NCBI RefSeq assembly: GCF_018398935.1
Contig: NZ_CP074694.1
Span: 2,850,001 to 2,882,000 of the forward strand
Direction of reading: 5' to 3'
DNA: 32,000 nt
Source of the DNA: Telmatocola sphagniphila
Lineage (GTDB): Bacteria > Planctomycetota > Planctomycetia > Gemmatales > Gemmataceae
Shown here: positions 26,213 through 32,000 of the stretch, one piece after another
Numbering within the stretch: position 1 is the stretch's first letter
Layout of the letters: each line of letters begins with the position of its first letter
Position numbers and translations under genes: made by a program
Notes under the pieces: generated by a model
What the model was told of the DNA's origin: nothing
The model's database searches: none
The model's input: only the letters and a program-made list of their open reading frames with translations

Positions 26213-28039
26213 CTATTTCTTATCGGTTGCGGATGCAGCGGCCGGCTGCTCCCCACCCGAAGGTGCAAATTTTTCGTAGAGCGATGCAACGCCATACAAG
26301 GTGAACTCGACGAGGTTGTTGGTCGTTTGATCGGACGGAGGATTATTTGTGGAATCAAAATTACCACCCGGAATACCTCCCCCCGGGAAAATACTGCCCG
26401 ACCCCTTGTTACCTCTGGGACCGGGAGGGCCACCCGCACTCCCCAGACCACCGGGCCCGGGGCTGCCGATGGGTCCTGCAGGCCCGCCCGGACCGCCGGG
26501 ACCGCGTGGGCCAGATCCAGGGCCGGGACCTTGCGGAATTCCCACACCTTTGCCCCCGCGTCCTCCCGATCCGCTGCTCCCGAGTTCCCCAGCGGGACCG
26601 GAATTCAATCCTGTGTTTCCTGAACTTACCCCCGACTCAGAGTTGGAAGAAACCAATGCCGAGAGATCTCGCGATCGCTTGAAATGGTTTTGCGTAATCT
26701 GAAATCGCAGCTTCGTATTGGCGAAGGCCACCATCAAATCCTGAATGTAGGGCTGCTCGCAAATGACGACAATTCCCAGCGGCATACGGCGAACCTGAGG
26801 CGTCACGTCGATGTACCGTTTGCGAATCAAACCGCAAGCTGAAACAGCACCACCGGCGGCATCCGCCCCGGAAGAACCGAAGCCTCCGGCTTTGGAGCCG
26901 GGGCCACCCATTTCACCCGGCGTTCCGCCCGAGGTCGTCGAACTTCCGGTACCATCGGCCGCCGCGGCGTTGGCATCGGTAACTGCCTTTTCGCTGATAG
27001 GTGCCATCTTCAATCCAAGTGCCTGCTGGCGGTTGGACCGATAACCCATTTCGATGCGGTCGATCCGCTTCACGGGAATCGTCTTGATATCGAAGACTTG
27101 TTCCACTCGAGCTAACTCTTCCAGTCGACGACCGTTAGGAATTTTGTGAGACGGAATCGACTTGACCTCGACTGTATCGCCGGCGTGAATCTGTTCACCT
27201 TCGACGATGAACGGAAAGGGCTCGACGCGCGGATCGGAGTCCAGCCATACATTCAGAATCATCTGGTTGTTTTCGCCCAGGCTCAGTAAACGATTCGTCA
27301 CATTCTTGATCTTGCCCTTCATGATGCGATCGCGGCGATCTTCCGAATCCACAATTTGAAGGTCGAGTTCCCAGAGCGGGCTGACGAATTTACGATTGAA
27401 TTTATTTTCCGGCTTCGGATCGATGGTTTTGAATCGTCCGTTGCTCTTGTTGACCTCGTCAATCGTCGCGATGACCAGGGATTGAACCCAAAGATCTTCC
27501 ATGGCCAGCCACATATCTTCGCTGCCGGGGGGATAGGGAAATCGCTTGAGGGTCTTCACCACCGAGTCGGGACTGCCCAGAAAATGCATCGGTTCGACCT
27601 GCTTCGCCAGATCCTTCAACACGTTGGGATAGTGTTCCTTGAACTGGTCTTTCAGCGTATCGAGATCGGGAATTTCCGTTTTGGTCAATTCGGTGCCGAA
27701 CTTCAGGCTTTCCAGCTTTTCACGATGGTGCTGCTGAAGAGTTTCCGGCCATTTGTAGATGTCTTTCTGAGCATCCCAGGCGATCTTCCACATGGTATCC
27801 AGGCTGCCGAAAATCGTCTTGTTCTGCTCTTCGAGTTTACCCAGCTTGGACTGGGGCTGAACCTTGGTACCATCGATTTCCTTTTTGGCATCCTGGTTTT
27901 TCTTGGCAACGGTTTCCGTTGCATCCGCCACGCCAAATACCACGCCGTAGAGGCAGATGAAGAACAGAATAAGCACCACTCCGGTCAAGATCCAGAAATG
28001 ATGTTTTTTCAGAACTTCGACATCGATCTTGTTGGCCAT
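26213..28039 (-). CDS. Large bitopic membrane protein (gene 2 of the PilMN-like operon; positionally PilO/GspM-like) with two Gly-rich spacers
   Basis: 608 aa. One TM helix at aa 15-37 (FWILTGVVLILFFICLYGVVFGV), then a charged, probably coiled segment. Low-complexity segments at aa 355-399 and 464-562. GGAG sits 7 nt before the ATG. Confidence 0.85.
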   Translation of the reverse strand: MANKIDVEVLKKHHFWILTGVVLILFFICLYGVVFGVADATETVAKKNQDAKKEIDGTKVQPQSKLGKLEEQNKTIFGSLDTMWKIAWDAQKDIYKWPETLQQHHREKLESLKFGTELTKTEIPDLDTLKDQFKEHYPNVLKDLAKQVEPMHFLGSPDSVVKTLKRFPYPPGSEDMWLAMEDLWVQSLVIATIDEVNKSNGRFKTIDPKPENKFNRKFVSPLWELDLQIVDSEDRRDRIMKGKIKNVTNRLLSLGENNQMILNVWLDSDPRVEPFPFIVEGEQIHAGDTVEVKSIPSHKIPNGRRLEELARVEQVFDIKTIPVKRIDRIEMGYRSNRQQALGLKMAPISEKAVTDANAAAADGTGSSTTSGGTPGEMGGPGSKAGGFGSSGADAAGGAVSACGLIRKRYIDVTPQVRRMPLGIVVICEQPYIQDLMVAFANTKLRFQITQNHFKRSRDLSALVSSNSESGVSSGNTGLNSGPAGELGSSGSGGRGGKGVGIPQGPGPGSGPRGPGGPGGPAGPIGSPGPGGLGSAGGPPGPRGNKGSGSIFPGGGIPGGNFDSTNNPPSDQTTNNLVEFTLYGVASLYEKFAPSGGEQPAAASATDKK

Positions 28040-28140
28040 TTTTCACTCCAACCGAAAAGCCGCTTGCGGCGGTGTACGATTTAGCTATTCGAGATCGGCC
28101 CGGTTGAAAATCCAATCGAGCCTGACAGTGATTATTTCAA

Positions 28141-30708
28141 CTATTTGCCGCCACGGCCTGGCCCCGGTCCACCTGCTGGTGCTGCGGGAACGCTTTCCGT
28201 GATGTCGGAGGCCGGGGTAATGAGTTTGTCCGAAGGTGTCGGTTCTTTCCAAACGAACACCACCACGAATTCGTAGCGCGGCTTGATGACTTTTCGAATG
28301 GGATTGCCGTTGTTATCGAACTGAGGCTGCTGCTGTACCGCAGCGCTTTCGGTATCCGCATCCTTGGAGGCGTAAGTACCGCTTCCGCCCCCTCCCCCAC
28401 TGCCCATTTTGCCGCCGGAGCCTGCCAGGCTTCCAGGACCCATGGTCATGGAACCCGGGCCGGGACCGGGGCTGCCGAAACCCGATTTTCTACCGCCACC
28501 TCCCGGGGAGCCCGGACCAGCAAGTTCACCCGGACCGCTTGAGGCCCCTCCCATCGAACCCCCCGCGCTGACCAGCGGAACCCAAGGTTCGGCGGACGAA
28601 GCAGAAGCGGAGCCTACTCCTTCGCCGCTGGGAGGACTTCCTCCCGAGCTCTGGGAACTGTCGCTGGCCGATTCCGAACCCGCGGCCGGTAAAATTTCCT
28701 CGATCAGGCTGCTGCCGATCCGACGATACTGCCCCGGATCGGGCATTTTGTCCGTCCAATAGTTGTAGAGAAACACGTGGCTGATATTGCCCAGGATCGG
28801 TTCGATTTCCCGGGTAGTGGTGTTCGGATCCGACTCCCGCTTCTGTGAGGCTCGGAGGAGATTCTGAATCACTGCACGTCGCAGGAATTCTCGGGTGGGA
28901 ACCAGCGGCGTGTTATAGAACGTCGTGCCCCGAATCTCTACCAGCCAACCTTCTCCCGTTGGCTTTTCCTTCCAGGCATCCTTGTTGAAATACTTGATCG
29001 CGAGATCGGCGCCGTCGAAGTTATAGGGGAATTCCTTGCTGCTTCGGCCGGTGTAGATATTCAGGTAATTTTCCAGATTATCGTAAGCCCCCTTGAGATT
29101 GGTTGTGAAGCGGGTGTTAATCGCTTCCACATCCACCGCAGCCAGATATTCGCGATAAGCTTCATCGATTGAGGCGGTCGGCTGGAGGCCATTGCGAAGC
29201 CGATCCACATAGCGTTTGGAGGCTTCGAGCCCCAGCTGATTCTGCCACAGGACGACCTGATTCTGATCGTTCAGATTGCCATTTTCTCCGGGAACCGGAA
29301 GGATATTATCAATGAACTGGTACATGCGTATCCAGTTCTTGCGTTCGTCCTGTCCCGAAATAACCGATTGCACCTTTTTCGTCGTGGCTTCGACGTCACT
29401 GATCTTCGAAGCGATTTCTTTGTTGATTTTATCGGCGCGAGTTTTTGCATTTTTCCCTTCATCGATCGCCGATTGAATGATTGTGGCTTGAGCCTGGTTG
29501 TAAGGCATCGAATAGCCGATCGCCAGAACGCCCGTGCCCATCATGAACATGGCGGCCGCGGCCACCGCCCAGGGTTTCTTGGCTCGGATCAGACGTTCTT
29601 TGTGAATTTCCGGCGGTAAAAGGTTTGTAGTCAATCGGGACTGCCCCAACCCCTGGGTCGCCAGACCATAAGCGACGGGGAAGCTCAGCATATTTTCGAT
29701 GAAAGCGGGTGCATTCAGAACCGAATCGCCCGTCATTCGATCGAACTTGCTCGGCTTTCGCACATCCAGATTCAGCTTCTCGGCCAGATACTTCTGCATG
29801 CCGGGAAGTTTGAAACCGCTGCCGATACCCACCATGTAAGAAACGGTGGCATCACGGTGCGTGTTGGTAAAGTAGCCCAGCGATCGCTGCACTTCCCCGA
29901 CGAAATCGGTAAGGACTGGACGCAGAGCTTTCAAGATATTGGGAAGATCGGGCGATTTCGCCGCGTTCCGCTTCACATGCTCGGCCTTCGCGAAGGTCAG
30001 TTTCATTTCCTTCGTCAGAGCGCGGGTGAAGTGGTTGCCACCCAGCGGAATAGGTCGCTGCCAGATGATCTTGTCCGCATCGGTGATGATCAGATTGGAG
30101 TTATCGGTACCCAGATCGAGGGCCACCACGCACTTCTTTTTGCCCCGTTCGTCTTTCGATGCTCCGTCGGGCATGAGATCATAGGTGACGTAGTTGCACA
30201 GGGCCAACGGCGACATCTGAATCAGATGCACTTCGATCCCAGCGCTCTGGAAGTGCGACAGGAACCGGGAGATCATATCCCGTTTCATAGCAAACAGGCC
30301 GATTTCCGTTTCGACAAAGCCGTCGGAAATCTGCCCCTGGCCAATGCGCTGGAAGTCCCACACCACTTCTTCGAGCGGGAAGGGAATCTGTTGCTTGGCC
30401 TCAAACTTTACGATGTCGTCGATCTTTTTCTCTTCGACCGGCGGCAATTTCACGAAACGGGCCAGACCCGATTGGCCGGGAACGCCCATCGCCACCTTGT
30501 CCCCTTTTATGGGATTCCGGGACAGGAATTTCTCCAGTGCTTCCTTGGTCAATTCGTCTGGATTGGCATCGGGCTGGCTGAGAATTTTTGGATGTTCGAT
30601 ATAGTCGAATGCAGTGGCAGTTGGTTTACCGTCGATTATTTCCAACCGAATGGCTTTGAGGGCGCATTGTCCTACGTCAATGCCCCAAACGCCGGAAGTG
30701 ACTGCCAT
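28141..30708 (-). CDS. PilM-like actin-fold ATPase domain fused to a PilN-like TM segment and a large periplasmic extension (GspL-like topology)
   Basis: 855 aa. Actin-fold phosphate motifs WGIDVGQCALKAIRL and VALDLGTDNSNLII, plus GIGSGFKLPGMQKYL. PilN-type NLLPPE motif at aa 362-367 (nt 29608-29625). TM helix at aa 379-399. About 450 aa lie outside the membrane, including a G/S/P-rich segment at aa 675-778. GGAG sits 7 nt before the ATG. Confidence 0.85.
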   Translation of the reverse strand: MAVTSGVWGIDVGQCALKAIRLEIIDGKPTATAFDYIEHPKILSQPDANPDELTKEALEKFLSRNPIKGDKVAMGVPGQSGLARFVKLPPVEEKKIDDIVKFEAKQQIPFPLEEVVWDFQRIGQGQISDGFVETEIGLFAMKRDMISRFLSHFQSAGIEVHLIQMSPLALCNYVTYDLMPDGASKDERGKKKCVVALDLGTDNSNLIITDADKIIWQRPIPLGGNHFTRALTKEMKLTFAKAEHVKRNAAKSPDLPNILKALRPVLTDFVGEVQRSLGYFTNTHRDATVSYMVGIGSGFKLPGMQKYLAEKLNLDVRKPSKFDRMTGDSVLNAPAFIENMLSFPVAYGLATQGLGQSRLTTNLLPPEIHKERLIRAKKPWAVAAAAMFMMGTGVLAIGYSMPYNQAQATIIQSAIDEGKNAKTRADKINKEIASKISDVEATTKKVQSVISGQDERKNWIRMYQFIDNILPVPGENGNLNDQNQVVLWQNQLGLEASKRYVDRLRNGLQPTASIDEAYREYLAAVDVEAINTRFTTNLKGAYDNLENYLNIYTGRSSKEFPYNFDGADLAIKYFNKDAWKEKPTGEGWLVEIRGTTFYNTPLVPTREFLRRAVIQNLLRASQKRESDPNTTTREIEPILGNISHVFLYNYWTDKMPDPGQYRRIGSSLIEEILPAAGSESASDSSQSSGGSPPSGEGVGSASASSAEPWVPLVSAGGSMGGASSGPGELAGPGSPGGGGRKSGFGSPGPGPGSMTMGPGSLAGSGGKMGSGGGGGSGTYASKDADTESAAVQQQPQFDNNGNPIRKVIKPRYEFVVVFVWKEPTPSDKLITPASDITESVPAAPAGGPGPGRGGK

Positions 30709-31141
30709 AGGGATTTCTCCGATAGACTATAAGCCGGATATGGGAACAGAATTACGACGGAAGCGGTGGTCGAACCAGCCATCGCCGTCGCTAGAATGTC
30801 CCTAATACGTTACACCGTATCACGGTACTAAGTATCCTGTCAATTAACTAAACAAAGTGAAGAGGGGAATCGTTGGCGCGATTGGAGCGAATCGGTGGAT
30901 GGAGAGGGTTCTTCAAGTCTCCGGTTTTTGCAGATCATTTCTGTTCCCCGCTCGAACGTCCTAACCGAAACAACCGCTCCAATCCCATTCCCTCGAAAAA
31001 CAGTTGAAACCCGAGCCTGGAGCTTTGCCGTTAAACCCTTGCAAAACCAAATCTTAGAGCGAGCTTTGCCCTGAATTCCGCTATGGTCTTAGCTCTAGTT
31101 ACTCAGGCAAAAAAATGACTTGAGACCCATCCCGAGTTCGC

Positions 31142-32000
31142 TTACTCTTCCACCGAAACCCATTGATTCCATTTTTCCTTCAACGGCGTTGTTGATATTT
31201 CCAGGCCGGTCACTCGCGAGACCACGAGACGGACTTTTTCGACCAGCAAATCTCCCGTAGTAAGGGTCTTGCAGCCGCGCAACTCGGCTTCTCGCAAAAA
31301 TTTGCTGCCGCGCAGCCCCGCTTGCAAATCGACTACGACCATCCCCTGCCGAAGATAACCCGGATGAAGAATCAACTCTTGAGAATCATCTCCTTCCTCG
31401 GGTTGCGGCTCGCCCGCCACAATGAGGCCATCGTGAAAGGTTTGATAAATCGCTTCCCACAGAATGAATCGAGCCCCCAACGCCACAGCGAGTCGAGGAC
31501 CATTCTGGCGATCCTTGCTCGCAAGGATCATCAGAGCCCCTTGCTCTTTGAGCCGGGCTACCACCATTCGACCGGGGGCCGTATCGCCCGCCACCACAAT
31601 TGTTTTATCCTTGAGCGGTTGAGGGTTTTCCGGCTCCTTGGCCTGAAAGACCTCCAGAAAAAGTTTGGCGGTGACTTCCCCCAGGAGATTGCTACCGCGC
31701 CAGCCCTGGTCGCCTGGGCTCATCCAGTCGGCGGCCTGCACCGGTGCACGAGCCTGTTCGTCTAAAAAAGCGGCCTCGTGGACGTTTTCGATGAAATCAT
31801 CTTCGACCGCAACCCCTTGCAGTTTCACAGCTTCGATGATCTTGCGAAAAAGCTTCCAGTTACCGACTTGCAACGGCCAGCAGCGTGTGGGGGCCGGAGT
31901 TTCGGAGAACCCGGCATTCAGCAGCCCGCAAAGAATTTGATCCTTTTCGCTCATCCCCGTAACGCCGATCAGTTTTGTCGATTTGGAAATTGCACGGTAC
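31142..32000 (-). CDS. Shikimate dehydrogenase (AroE)-like Rossmann protein, truncated by the right window edge; canonical catalytic residues apparently missing
   Basis: The frame stays open upstream of the listed ATG (31954) to the window end (YRAISKSTKLIGVTGMSEKDQILCGLLNAGF), matching the AroE N-terminal pattern GxxGxPxxHSxSPxxHNxxF only in outline. By-eye alignment to E. coli AroE: GVAVEDDFIENVH vs GANVTVPFKEEAF, and GSNLLGEV vs GDNTDGVG. Confidence 0.65.
   Translation of the reverse strand, partial: YRAISKSTKLIGVTGMSEKDQILCGLLNAGFSETPAPTRCWPLQVGNWKLFRKIIEAVKLQGVAVEDDFIENVHEAAFLDEQARAPVQAADWMSPGDQGWRGSNLLGEVTAKLFLEVFQAKEPENPQPLKDKTIVVAGDTAPGRMVVARLKEQGALMILASKDRQNGPRLAVALGARFILWEAIYQTFHDGLIVAGEPQPEEGDDSQELILHPGYLRQGMVVVDLQAGLRGSKFLREAELRGCKTLTTGDLLVEKVRLVVSRVTGLEISTTPLKEKWNQWVSVEE

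Noticed and set aside
23777-30708. Annotating the operon as a standard type IV pilus pilMNOP locus
   Set aside because: Only the PilM fold and the PilN motif and TM are recognisable. Genes 2 and 3 are several times larger than PilO and PilP and show no motifs I can assign. No pilQ, pilB/T/C or pilin gene is adjacent. Calling it a canonical pilus locus would overstate the evidence.
1-32000. Mobile elements, prophage, a genomic island or a defence system
   Set aside because: There are no transposase, integrase, recombinase, nuclease/helicase, toxin-antitoxin-like or phage structural ORFs. There are no flanking inverted or direct repeats and no tRNA integration site. Composition appears uniform by eye. 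Nothing supports a mobile or defence-island interpretation.

Overview
Chromosomal window of roughly mid-50s % GC (by eye, not computed). The gene content looks like Planctomycetota: an adjacent DUF1800/DUF1501 pair, a TM-anchored prenyltransferase/squalene-oxidase-repeat protein, and many large lineage-specific secreted or membrane proteins. I can support 24 protein-coding genes, two of them truncated by the window edges, and several intrinsic-terminator-like hairpins. I see no rRNA, tRNA, CRISPR array, transposase, integrase or phage gene. Recognisable genes are rpsB-tsf-rpsT, a U32 peptidase, an M20 peptidase, a zinc alcohol dehydrogenase, an SMR (SugE/Gdx-type) exporter, a Wza-like polysaccharide-export lipoprotein and a divergent uronate-isomerase-like amidohydrolase. 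The most interesting region is a 7-kb minus-strand operon at 23777-30708, bounded by a 433-nt upstream non-coding region and a clean bidirectional terminator. It encodes an 855-aa PilM-PilN fusion (GspL-like topology) and then two very large bitopic membrane proteins of 608 and 787 aa. All three carry Gly/Pro/Ser-rich low-complexity spacers. The window holds no pilin, PilB/T ATPase, PilC platform or secretin. I read this operon as a candidate uncharacterised envelope-spanning apparatus built on a type IV pilus / T2SS alignment-complex scaffold. A second region of interest is the minus-strand run 14128-18386: Wza-like lipoprotein, strong hairpin, two secreted low-complexity proteins with internal motif repeats, uronate isomerase-like enzyme, secreted protein. 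All family assignments come from motif recognition by eye and need HMM or structure searches to confirm.
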